Assembly: GCA_031285625.1 (NCBI GenBank) | Contig: JAITVV010000036.1 | Span: 1 to 64,000, forward strand | Source: Prevotella sp. | Lineage (GTDB): Bacteria; Bacteroidota; Bacteroidia; Bacteroidales; Dysgonomonadaceae | Direction: 5' to 3' | Length of the DNA: 64,000 bases | In this document: positions 46,864-56,457 of the stretch, one piece after another | Layout of the letters: each line of letters begins with the position of its first letter | How positions within the stretch are numbered: the first letter of the stretch is position 1 | The notes under the pieces: model-generated | Seen by the model: the letters and a program-made list of their open reading frames with translations, nothing else | Database searches by the model: none | Told to the model about the DNA's origin: nothing | Position numbers and translations under genes: made by a program

Positions 46864-48726
46864 TTAGAGCTTCTTTAATACTAATTTTCGTTTTACCGCT
46901 GAATTTATTTCAGTAAAAAAAGTCTTGATTTCTTTATACTGGTTCTTATTATATCTCCCAGAAGAGATATCTATATTTTGTGTATAAACAACCTTATTCC
47001 CATCTACGACAGATTTTGTTGTCAATGTTCCAAATGGTGTTTGTATAGAAAGATCTTTGGGTAATGACTCGGTTGTATAGGATTCCGGTATAGTAAAAGT
47101 TATTATATCTGTTTCAGAATACCCATCACCTATTTCTATATCCTGTGTTCTAGATGTAGATGTGAATATATTATAGTTTCCCTTCTTTAAAGGGCATATA
47201 GGAGCAAATATGCGTGTACCTGTCTTGTTTGTAAAATCACTGGCTTCAAAATTTGCCGTTAATGTACAAGAAGGAAGTGCTGACCTATTTTCAGAAACCT
47301 GGATTTGTGATATCTGTATTTTAGGCATACTGATATTTGTATTTATATACTCCAATTCTTTTTCCCTGTCTTTAGAGGTCATTCTATATACATTATCTCC
47401 ATATTGATGAAGATGTTCTGTCAAAACCATTTTTCCCTTCGTGCCTCCATCTTCTGATATATTGATCTCAAGTATGGATTCCTTCTTATTTTGCAAATCT
47501 TGATATTCAGGGAGGCGGCACATTTTACCTCCTTCATCTGATATGATGAGAGCATTATGGCCAGCTATATTATCATGAATATAGCCAAATGGTAATGTCT
47601 GGCTGGTGCATTCGAGCCATATGCTGTCATTTTGGATAGGAACGAGCAATATAACATGGTTAGCCTGATTGAAGTTTGGAAAGTCTGGCAGAAGATTAGG
47701 CTCATCCATACTTATAACACAATAATTGGATGGGATGCCTATTGCTTTTAGCATGGCTTTCATTAAGTTGGTCAGCCCTTTGCAGTCTCCAAAATTGTTC
47801 TTGACTACAGTTGTTGCATCAATAGGCTGGTAACCTCCAATACCTAACTGGATACTTACATATCTATAATTGTTTTGAAGGTATTTATATAATATTGCGG
47901 TTTTCTCTTTATCACTTTTTGCTTCCTTGGTTAGTTCTTCCAACTTGTTTGTGAAATCGATAGGTAGATTATCCTTTCCTTCCAATAGATTGTATACCCA
48001 GTCTCCGTAACTTTTCCAGTCAGCCATATTGCCACAGTGTGAATCATAGCAGAAGTCTGAAGGAGCAATCAATACTCGTGGACATATTTCTCTGAAAACC
48101 GGAGCCAGGGGTTCTCTGTCTATAGCCTTAAGCTTTTCAGTGCTGAATGTATATATATGTTTATTACCAGCTATTTCGTCTCTGATGCTGCATTCAAAAT
48201 TGGAGTCATAACGTAACTTCATTTCTGTTGGTAATTCAATTACGTATTTAGCCTTTTCCACCGAGATCATAGAGCCGGGCATAGGGGCAAAAGCCGGATA
48301 GGATAATATTCCGTTTTTCCATTTCTCCTGATAATTATATTCTACTGTGTAAGGATAGTTTGGTTGCTTACATTCATAATAAATGGAGTAGTCGTCTGTG
48401 CTCTGATGCTCGGATAGTGAGGAGATAGTGAGGTCTTTCTTTCCTATTTTCTTTATCACCGCTCCTGATGCATTTTTAATTACTCCTGAAAAATTTTTCA
48501 GCTCTCTGAACTTGTCCCCATATGTAGAAAAGTGAGCATAATATTCACCTTGCTTATTTAATATCGTGATAACCTTAGTGACATTGAATGTACCGTTATT
48601 CAGATCTGTTTGTGTAAATACCGCTGAATAGTCTTGTACGATTGCACATGTCTTGTCCGGTCCTTGTTGAGCATAGAGTGTTGAAATTATAAAAAGAAGT
48701 ACTCCCAGTAATAAATATTTGTTCAT
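46864..48726 (-). CDS. DUF3857/transglutaminase-like secreted protein, catalytic Cys retained
   Basis: RYVSIQLGIGGYQP, GDCKGLT, NHVI and WLECT motifs. Confidence 0.88.
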   Translation of the reverse strand: MNKYLLLGVLLFIISTLYAQQGPDKTCAIVQDYSAVFTQTDLNNGTFNVTKVITILNKQGEYYAHFSTYGDKFRELKNFSGVIKNASGAVIKKIGKKDLTISSLSEHQSTDDYSIYYECKQPNYPYTVEYNYQEKWKNGILSYPAFAPMPGSMISVEKAKYVIELPTEMKLRYDSNFECSIRDEIAGNKHIYTFSTEKLKAIDREPLAPVFREICPRVLIAPSDFCYDSHCGNMADWKSYGDWVYNLLEGKDNLPIDFTNKLEELTKEAKSDKEKTAILYKYLQNNYRYVSIQLGIGGYQPIDATTVVKNNFGDCKGLTNLMKAMLKAIGIPSNYCVISMDEPNLLPDFPNFNQANHVILLVPIQNDSIWLECTSQTLPFGYIHDNIAGHNALIISDEGGKMCRLPEYQDLQNKKESILEINISEDGGTKGKMVLTEHLHQYGDNVYRMTSKDREKELEYINTNISMPKIQISQIQVSENRSALPSCTLTANFEASDFTNKTGTRIFAPICPLKKGNYNIFTSTSRTQDIEIGDGYSETDIITFTIPESYTTESLPKDLSIQTPFGTLTTKSVVDGNKVVYTQNIDISSGRYNKNQYKEIKTFFTEINSAVKRKLVLKKL

Positions 48727-48732
48727 ATCCTT

Positions 48733-50715
48733 TTATTTATCATCTACCTTTTTTAATACCACTTGTTCGGAATTTTTAGCTATTACCTTTGCAAAGAAGT
48801 TTTTCAGATGTTCATATTCATCCGGAAGGAATGTCAATTTCTTCAATTGATATTGGTAGAATAATTTTATTAAATTCTCGGTTTGTCCAATACGGTATGT
48901 AAGCGTTATGTCACCATCGTTTAAAACCATTTTGGCAGGTTGGGGCATCTCATCCACAACATATCCTGAAGGTATATTTATATCTACTACTTGCAAATAG
49001 TTTAACAAATAATCGAATTGAACAGGGAAAACCCTGTTTTCTTCTTTAAAAGGATTTTCTGTAAAGAGCTTATCTACCATTGGATTGATATATAAAAAAT
49101 CGTCTCCTAAACTAGCATCTGTAGTTTGTGTAAATTCTATTTTTGCTGGAGCTGCAGATTCATCAAAGCCAGATGCATTAAAACTGTCGATTTCACAGTT
49201 TAATCTTTTAGCTAAAGATTCTATGTAATCTTCTTTACTTTTATGATTATAGTAATAGTTCTTTATATTATATGCCGAAGAGCCTTTTCTTATATCACTA
49301 ACTTTTCCTCTGTATTTTGAATCAACAAATGAAAATTGTGCAGTTTTAAGTATGGTTCCATTTGTGGCTAATGACAGGTTTACCCATCTGCAGCCGTTTT
49401 GCTTTATGATACGTGCTTGAGGGACCATGCACTTTTCGGGTAAAAGATTCCAGTCTCCATATTTTGCCGATGCGTCGGTAAAATACATCAGAGTATCTAT
49501 TCTCAGGCCTGTGATTACATAGTTGAATGCTGTAACGCTGGGGTGTGATATAGGCAATCTTCCATTGTCTCTTGTACTAAGGATAACCGGAAATGCGTCA
49601 AAACCACCAGCCTGAAGTGCATTGAGAAGCAGGAAGTTCATATCGGCAGTATTTCCAATTCCATTTTTGAGGATATCTTTGAGGTTTCCCGGACTGGCAG
49701 CTCTTTTGTCGTTCCATTTTACTTTTTGCTTAACGATATCTTGTATTTCTTTGGCTCTTTCTAGGGTGGTTTCCCCTTTTGCAATTACGTCTTTAAATAG
49801 ATCTGCTTTTTTCATATTTCCTCCAAAAGAGCTGGATAATATATCATTATCTATATTTTCCCACGAATTGGACATGTTCTTGGTGAGGCTATATGGCATC
49901 TGTACAGATTTCAATTCGAAAGAGACTTTCGTGATATAATCATTCACTGTCCATAAGTATGCTTCCTTTTTTAGAGCAGGTATATCTTTTCCTTCACTCT
50001 TTATCATTTCTGCTGTACATCGTACTGTTCCTGTTTGCAAACGTCCGTCATCATCCTTGTACCGTATATGAAATGTTTCATTTGATGGCTCTCTTTCCGA
50101 TTTTAAAGAGGCATAACCCTGATAGTTGATATTATATTTAAAATACTCAGGCAGCTTTGCTTCGAAGTATGTATATGCTACAGGAATGGATTCCTGAAAA
50201 CTAAAGTCTCTCAGGTCATAATAGAAATCAGAAACCAGAGTGTATTTATATTCAACAACAGAACCTACTTTTGCAGCAGGCATCGTAAATTTCTTTACTT
50301 TTATTTTGTTGTCTATATCTTCGTCTGTAATAAATTCTTTCGAGAGTTTTGCTTTTACAATATTTCCGTTCTCAAGATTGTATGTTGTTCCCGAAAGGCC
50401 ATTTATTTGTTCTTTCATAGAACGGCTCGATTCAGTATATACTATTTGTTGGTTACACCAATCTAATCCTTCCGTTTTTAGAATCTTTATTTTAACTTGT
50501 AATGAATATTCGAATTGAAATCCATAGAGGTCATTATATACAAAGCGTATGTCTCCTTTCTTTAATAATATTACAGCAGAGGCTGTCGTGTCTTGTGGAT
50601 AAACTGTCATATTCAGTTCATCAGCAGTTGCATTGCCATATTTAGATTGTGCATAACTTGTTCCGGATACTATGCATAAACATAGCATAAGGGCTACCGT
50701 GATATATTTTTTCAT
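48733..50715 (-). CDS. DUF3857/transglutaminase-like protein, catalytic residues degenerate
   Basis: KFTMPAAKVGSVVEYKY, FQESIP, GNTADMN, LSTRDNG, FNYVI and TDAS motifs. Confidence 0.85.
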   Translation of the reverse strand: MKKYITVALMLCLCIVSGTSYAQSKYGNATADELNMTVYPQDTTASAVILLKKGDIRFVYNDLYGFQFEYSLQVKIKILKTEGLDWCNQQIVYTESSRSMKEQINGLSGTTYNLENGNIVKAKLSKEFITDEDIDNKIKVKKFTMPAAKVGSVVEYKYTLVSDFYYDLRDFSFQESIPVAYTYFEAKLPEYFKYNINYQGYASLKSEREPSNETFHIRYKDDDGRLQTGTVRCTAEMIKSEGKDIPALKKEAYLWTVNDYITKVSFELKSVQMPYSLTKNMSNSWENIDNDILSSSFGGNMKKADLFKDVIAKGETTLERAKEIQDIVKQKVKWNDKRAASPGNLKDILKNGIGNTADMNFLLLNALQAGGFDAFPVILSTRDNGRLPISHPSVTAFNYVITGLRIDTLMYFTDASAKYGDWNLLPEKCMVPQARIIKQNGCRWVNLSLATNGTILKTAQFSFVDSKYRGKVSDIRKGSSAYNIKNYYYNHKSKEDYIESLAKRLNCEIDSFNASGFDESAAPAKIEFTQTTDASLGDDFLYINPMVDKLFTENPFKEENRVFPVQFDYLLNYLQVVDINIPSGYVVDEMPQPAKMVLNDGDITLTYRIGQTENLIKLFYQYQLKKLTFLPDEYEHLKNFFAKVIAKNSEQVVLKKVDDK

Positions 50716-50819
50716 ACAGAATTAGATAGATTGTAAATTTATGTAAATGTATGAAAAATAATATTAATAAATATGGGTAAAGATATGTCTTAGAACATTT
50801 ATTTCTTTTATGAATAAGG

Positions 50820-51440
50820 TTAGAATCCGCCTCTTTTTGTATTTATTTTTTCATCAATTTTTATTTTCCACTTGTCATTCTTATCAATAGTAAAATATAC
50901 TTTGTGATAATATATACCTGAATAACGCCCCTTTGACGTGATCGGACTGTTCTTAAGTCTGCCATCCAGTATGAATTCAAAGGCTTGAGTATTGTTATCA
51001 GAAGTTCTTATGATAAATTGTTCTATTCCGGCATATTCCAGGCCAAGAGAATCTGTTTTATTTATTGCCTGCTGACAGATATCCGGAATTTTTGAAAAAT
51101 CGTAATCATTTATTGAAGTGGGTTTTTGATAATCACTTTTAGTTTTAATAGTTTCTTCCTTTAATATTTTCCATGTGGACAGATCAATAGTGATATTTTT
51201 CTGCCCGCTATTTTCTGATGGGCTATAAGTAACGAATGCAGTTCCCATAATATTTAGTGAGCGGTCAGCAGATAGAAGTACTACTTCATCGATATGATTC
51301 TTATCTCCCAATAATTTGATCATCTCCTTATGGAATTTCTTAATATCAGCTTCGTCAGTGATACTTACCCCCAGCCAGCTATCACAGGATATAAAAATGA
51401 AAGTAAGTATAATGAGTCCTGTTTTTTTTAGGTTTTCCAT
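50820..51440 (-). CDS. Hypothetical lipoprotein
   Basis: 206-aa ORF, lipobox FISC; no recognised domain. Confidence 0.7.
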   Translation of the reverse strand: MENLKKTGLIILTFIFISCDSWLGVSITDEADIKKFHKEMIKLLGDKNHIDEVVLLSADRSLNIMGTAFVTYSPSENSGQKNITIDLSTWKILKEETIKTKSDYQKPTSINDYDFSKIPDICQQAINKTDSLGLEYAGIEQFIIRTSDNNTQAFEFILDGRLKNSPITSKGRYSGIYYHKVYFTIDKNDKWKIKIDEKINTKRGGF

Positions 51441-51700
51441 TTTATCATCATTTGAGAAGTATAAAAGAAATAAAAATACTTTTCAAAAAGAAATACAGGG
51501 AGAACTCTTTTAAGAAATTATTAATTCTCATTTGTTAATTTCTTTTTATTTGCTCAAAATATTGATCTTTTTTTCGTCAAGTTATCAGAATGTAAACTTC
51601 ACATGACAAAATGCTGTGTTTTGGCTTCTGATGCGATTTTTTATTAAGTTATTGATAAAATATATGAGTCATTTTGTTCTTTTTTGAGAAATAAAAAAAG

Positions 51701-51708
51701 TATCTTTG
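51701..51708 (+). promoter_or_regulatory. -7 promoter element for the nuo operon
   Basis: TATCTTTG; supports ATG 51745 as the nuoA start. Confidence 0.6.
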
Positions 51709-51744
51709 TGGACTGTAAAAACAAAGTATGTTAAAAACGAGGAT

Positions 51745-52113
51745 ATGAATTCAAATCTATATGATTTTATACCTATTCTGATGCAAATCGCCTTTTCGGT
51801 CGTGTTTGTGTTTGCAACGGTATTTGCATCAAAAATGTTGGGCCCGAGCCGGAAAAATGCACGCAAAGATGCTAATTTCGAATGTGGTCTCGATCCTATA
51901 GGCAACGCTCGTTCGCCTTTTTCTATCAAATATTTTTTAGTTGCTATTTTGTTTGTCCTTTTCGATATAGAAATCGTTTTTATGTACCCCTGGGCTGTAA
52001 ATTTTAAAGCCATAGGGTGGGAAGGCCTTTTGAAGATGGGCGGTTTCATAGCAATGTTGCTTGTGGGTTATCTCTATATTGTAAAGCGCAAAGCTTTGGA
52101 ATGGGAAAAATAA
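51745..52113 (+). CDS. nuoA: NADH-quinone oxidoreductase subunit A
   Basis: FECG, LFVLFDIEIVFMYPWA and ALEW motifs. Confidence 0.96.
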   Translation: MNSNLYDFIPILMQIAFSVVFVFATVFASKMLGPSRKNARKDANFECGLDPIGNARSPFSIKYFLVAILFVLFDIEIVFMYPWAVNFKAIGWEGLLKMGGFIAMLLVGYLYIVKRKALEWEK

Positions 52114-52224
52114 AGTTGGCAAGTGTTTATAAGTATTTAACTATATATTGTCAGATATAGCGATTGATAATTGTTATACTTATATAATAACTAGAAGGTC
52201 TGTGACCTTAAATATACAAAAGTT

Positions 52225-52773
52225 ATGAGTAAATCAAATATAAATGTAGTGCCGGCTCCTGAAGGATATACAGGGCATGGGTTCTTTGCTACAAAATTCG
52301 ATTATGTCATAGGATTGGCTCGTGCCAATTCCCTATGGCCTTTGCCTTTTGCTACATCATGTTGCGGTATCGAGTTTATGGCAACTATGGCAGCAACTTA
52401 TGATATGGGGCGTTTTGGTGCAGAACGTAACAGTTTCTCGCCGCGTCAGGCTGATATGTTGCTGGTAATGGGTACTATTTCTAAAAAAATGGCACCTATC
52501 CTGCGTCATGTATATGAGCAGATGGCTGAGCCTAAATGGGTGATCGCCGTAGGTGCATGTGCTTCTTCGGGAGGTATTTTTGATACTTATTCTGTTTTGC
52601 AGGGCATAGACAAAGTTATCCCTGTAGATGTATATGTTCCCGGTTGCCCTCCTCGTCCTGAACAAATATTGGATGGTGTGATGCAACTACAGGAACTGGT
52701 AAAACATGAATCTATTCATCGCAGAGGCTCGGAGAGATATCAGGAGCTTCTTGAATCATATAAATTTGAATAA
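52225..52773 (+). CDS. nuoB: NADH-quinone oxidoreductase subunit B
   Basis: SCCGIE, SPRQAD and VPGCPPRPE motifs. Confidence 0.97.
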   Translation: MSKSNINVVPAPEGYTGHGFFATKFDYVIGLARANSLWPLPFATSCCGIEFMATMAATYDMGRFGAERNSFSPRQADMLLVMGTISKKMAPILRHVYEQMAEPKWVIAVGACASSGGIFDTYSVLQGIDKVIPVDVYVPGCPPRPEQILDGVMQLQELVKHESIHRRGSERYQELLESYKFE

Positions 52774-53306
52774 TGGCTCTCGAAACCATAGTTATTGAAA
52801 ATAAGATAAGCGAGAAATTCGGAGCGGAAGTAATGAATTTCAGAATGGAGCGTGATATTTTTACTTTTGAAGCTGCACCTAGTGTAATAAAAGAAGTAAT
52901 CCGTTTCATGAAAGATGATGAAACCTTACGGTTTAATTTCCTGACAGACTTGTGCGGGGTGCATTATCCCGATAATGAAAAGAAGGCTCAGTTTGCAGTG
53001 GTTTATCTACTTCACAACTGGATAGATAATGTGCGTGTCAGGGTGAAAACGTTTTTGGATGGAGGTAAACCTGAGGTTGATTCTGTTGTGGAGGTTTTTG
53101 CTTCAGCTAACTGGATGGAACGTGAGACATATGATTTTTATGGAATAATATTTAAGGGGCATCCAAACCTGAAACGCATATTAAATGATGATGGTATGGT
53201 TTCCTTTCCTATGCGTAAAGATTATCCGCTGGAAGATCCGGGGCGTACAGATAAAGACGACCGCTTCTTTGGCAGGACTCCAAATAATTATGAACCAACA
53301 AAATAA
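52773..53306 (+). CDS. nuoC: NADH-quinone oxidoreductase subunit C
   Basis: ANWMERETYDFYGIIFKGHPNLKRI and PMRKDYP motifs. Confidence 0.96.
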   Translation: MALETIVIENKISEKFGAEVMNFRMERDIFTFEAAPSVIKEVIRFMKDDETLRFNFLTDLCGVHYPDNEKKAQFAVVYLLHNWIDNVRVRVKTFLDGGKPEVDSVVEVFASANWMERETYDFYGIIFKGHPNLKRILNDDGMVSFPMRKDYPLEDPGRTDKDDRFFGRTPNNYEPTK

Positions 53307-53321
53307 AAGCAAAGTCAGGAA

Positions 53322-54557
53322 ATGTCAGATCAACTAATAAATCCGGAACATCGCTTTGCGAAAATTGTAAGAGAACAAACCTTTGAAGATGGGAGGGAAC
53401 TGTCCGTTCTTAATTTCGGGCCTACTCATCCTTCTACTCACGGTGTGTTTCAAAATATCCTGCTGATGGATGGTGAACGCATCTTAGATGCTGAAACTAC
53501 TATCGGTTATATTCACCGTGCCTTTGAAAAAATTGCTGAACATAGGACTTTTTATCAGATAACCACTCTGACCGATCGTATGAACTACTGTTCTGCACCT
53601 TTGAATAATATGGCTTGGTGGATGACTGTGGAAAAGTCACTTGGTGTAGAAGTACCTAAGCGTGCACAATATATGCGTGTCATTGTAATGGAACTTGCAC
53701 GTATCACCGACCACCTGATCTGTAACTCTATCTTGGGAGTTGACTTAGGTGCTTATACTCCTTTCCTATATGTGATGCAGTACAGAGAGTTGGCATACGA
53801 AATTTATGAAGAGATTTGTGGAGCGCGTATGACTACGAATATGGGACGTATCGGTGGTTTTGAAAGAGATTGGAGTGAAACTGCATGGCGTAAGCTGGAT
53901 CAGTTTATCGAAGGCTTCCCTAAGGCATGGGATCAGTTAGAAAGATTGTTCGTTCGCAACCGCATATTTATGGATCGTATTGTTGGAGTAGGAGCCATAT
54001 CTGCCGAAAAAGCTATTAATTATGGTTTTACAGGTCCTAACTTACGGGCTACCGGAGTTGATTATGATGTCCGTGTAGCTAGTCCATATAGTTCATACGA
54101 AGACTTTGATTTTGTTGTACCTGTGGGCTCTGCCGGTGATACATATGATCGCTGGTGTGTACGTGCAGCTGAAATAAAAGAAAGCTTGAAGATTATTCGT
54201 CAGGCCCGGGATAATATGCCTGATGGCAGCTTCCACGCCGATGTCCCCGATTATTACCTCCCTCCTAAAGAAGAGGTTTATACAAAGATGGAACAATTAA
54301 TCCAGCATTTTAAGATTGTGATGGGTGAAATTCCTGTTCCGATAGCAGAAGTATATCATTCTGTAGAAGGTGCGAACGGGGAGTTGGGTATATATCTGAT
54401 TACAGATGGTTCGCGTGCTCCGTTCAGGGTACACTTTCGCAGGCCATGTTTTATATATTATCAGGCGTTCCCTGAAATGATAAAAGGCGGTATGTTTTCG
54501 GATGCTGTCGCTACACTATCAAGTATTAATGTTATTGCCGGAGAATTAGATGCTTAA
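53322..54557 (+). CDS. nuoD: NADH-quinone oxidoreductase subunit D
   Basis: NFGPTHPSTHG, GYIHRAFEK, DRMNY and IAGELDA motifs. Confidence 0.97.
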   Translation: MSDQLINPEHRFAKIVREQTFEDGRELSVLNFGPTHPSTHGVFQNILLMDGERILDAETTIGYIHRAFEKIAEHRTFYQITTLTDRMNYCSAPLNNMAWWMTVEKSLGVEVPKRAQYMRVIVMELARITDHLICNSILGVDLGAYTPFLYVMQYRELAYEIYEEICGARMTTNMGRIGGFERDWSETAWRKLDQFIEGFPKAWDQLERLFVRNRIFMDRIVGVGAISAEKAINYGFTGPNLRATGVDYDVRVASPYSSYEDFDFVVPVGSAGDTYDRWCVRAAEIKESLKIIRQARDNMPDGSFHADVPDYYLPPKEEVYTKMEQLIQHFKIVMGEIPVPIAEVYHSVEGANGELGIYLITDGSRAPFRVHFRRPCFIYYQAFPEMIKGGMFSDAVATLSSINVIAGELDA

Positions 54558-54559
54558 TC

Positions 54560-55090
54560 ATGTCAATGGAAACTAGAGAATATAAACAAGTAATAAATAT
54601 GTCGGAAAGTTTAATGGCCCGCATCAACGAACTGTTAAGCCATTATCCTGCCGATAAAAAGAAGTCTGCTCTTTTACCTGTCCTTCATGCAGTACAAGAT
54701 GCTCATGACAATTGGCTGAGCCTTGAACTGATGGATAAGGTAGCCGAAATATTAGAGATAACACCTATCGAGGTTTATGAAGTGGTGACATTTTATACAA
54801 TGTTTAATCAGAAACCGATAGCAAAATATATGTTTGAGTTTTGCCGTACCGCATGCTGTGGCTTGCGTGGAGGTGAAAACCTGATGGATTATACCTGTCA
54901 GAAACTGGGTGTAAACCCCGGGGAGATAACTTCTGATGGCATGTTCAGCGTTGTAGGTGTAGAGTGTCTGGGAGCTTGTGGCTATGGGCCGATGCTCCAA
55001 TTGGGAGATAATTATCATGAGAATCTTACCAAAGAAAAAATAGATACGCTGATTGAAGATTGTAAACAAGGAAAAGTAAACCTATATTAA
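54560..55090 (+). CDS. nuoE: NADH-quinone oxidoreductase subunit E
   Basis: VTFYTMF, CRTACC and ECLGACGYGP motifs. Confidence 0.95.
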   Translation: MSMETREYKQVINMSESLMARINELLSHYPADKKKSALLPVLHAVQDAHDNWLSLELMDKVAEILEITPIEVYEVVTFYTMFNQKPIAKYMFEFCRTACCGLRGGENLMDYTCQKLGVNPGEITSDGMFSVVGVECLGACGYGPMLQLGDNYHENLTKEKIDTLIEDCKQGKVNLY

Positions 55091-55095
55091 TTGCG

Positions 55096-56451
55096 ATGGC
55101 TAGAAAAGTATTATTTGAGAAATTAGATATTCCGGGAATACAGGAATACGAGGTTTATCGCAAAAATGGCGGCTATTCATCTGTGGAGAAAGCACTGAAA
55201 AACATGACACCCGATGAGGTAGTGGAAGAAGTGAAAACTTCCGGTATGCGTGGACGCGGGGGAGCTGGTTTCCCTATGGGGATGAAATGGAGTTTTATTG
55301 ATAAGAAATCGGGAAAACCCCGCCATCTGGTGGTAAATGCCGATGAGTCGGAGCCGGGTACGTTCAAAGACCGTTTCCTGATGCATCACATCCCTCATTT
55401 ACTGATAGAAGGCGCTATTGTATCCAGTTATGCACTGGAAGCTAATTTATCATATATCTATATCCGCGGCGAATATATGTGGATATTCAAGATATTGGAG
55501 AAAGCAATAAAGGAAGCCTATGCCAACGGTTGGCTGGGTAAAAATATATTGGGTACAGGCTACGACCTCGACTTGTATGTGCACTGCGGAGCAGGAGCAT
55601 ATATCTGCGGGGAAGAGACTGCCCTTATCGAATCACTGGAAGGTAAGCGCGGTAATCCGCGTATTAAACCGCCATTTCCTGCTGTGAGCGGATTATGGGG
55701 AGAGCCAACGGTGGTAAATAATGTAGAGTCTATTTCTACTGTATCATGGATTGTAAATAACGGTGGTGCAGAATATGCTAAAATCGGGGTAGGCAAGTCA
55801 ACAGGAACTAAGCTGATGTCAGCCTCTGGACATATTAAGAATCCGGGTGTATACGAAATAGAACTGGGGTTAACAGTGGACGAATTCTTTAATTCGGATG
55901 AATACTGCGGTGGTATGATGGATGACCGTCCTCTTAAGGCATGTATTCCGGGTGGATGCTCCGTGCCTATTTTACCTCCTCAATATATATTTAAAACGGC
56001 GAATGGCGAAGACCGTTTGATCACTTATGAATCATTGGCTGATGGAGGTTTTGTTACAGGTTCGTCATTAGGATCAGGAGGGTTTATCGTATACAATGAT
56101 ACAGCATGTATTGTACGCAATACATGGAACTTCTCACGTTTCTTCCATCACGAAAGTTGCGGACAATGCTCTCCTTGTCGTGAGGGTACAGGGTGGATGG
56201 ATAAAATACTCCATCGTATCGAAACGGGTGAGGGCAGAGAAGAAGATATCGACTTGCTGTGGAGTATACAGAGTAAAATAGAAGGGAATACGATATGTCC
56301 TCTGGGAGATGCGGCATCGTGGCCGGTAGCTGCTGCAATACGCCATTTCCGCGAAGAGTTTGAATATCATGTCCGTTTCCCTGAAAAGATAAAAGACAGG
56401 AATCACTTTGTGAACGAACCAATGGAAAAAGTTCGTCACCTATTAGGATAA
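55096..56451 (+). CDS. nuoF: NADH-quinone oxidoreductase subunit F
   Basis: RGRGGAGFP, NADESEPGTFKD, GAGAYICGEETAL and ESCGQCSPCREG motifs. Confidence 0.97.
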   Translation: MARKVLFEKLDIPGIQEYEVYRKNGGYSSVEKALKNMTPDEVVEEVKTSGMRGRGGAGFPMGMKWSFIDKKSGKPRHLVVNADESEPGTFKDRFLMHHIPHLLIEGAIVSSYALEANLSYIYIRGEYMWIFKILEKAIKEAYANGWLGKNILGTGYDLDLYVHCGAGAYICGEETALIESLEGKRGNPRIKPPFPAVSGLWGEPTVVNNVESISTVSWIVNNGGAEYAKIGVGKSTGTKLMSASGHIKNPGVYEIELGLTVDEFFNSDEYCGGMMDDRPLKACIPGGCSVPILPPQYIFKTANGEDRLITYESLADGGFVTGSSLGSGGFIVYNDTACIVRNTWNFSRFFHHESCGQCSPCREGTGWMDKILHRIETGEGREEDIDLLWSIQSKIEGNTICPLGDAASWPVAAAIRHFREEFEYHVRFPEKIKDRNHFVNEPMEKVRHLLG

Positions 56452-56457
56452 AGCAAT

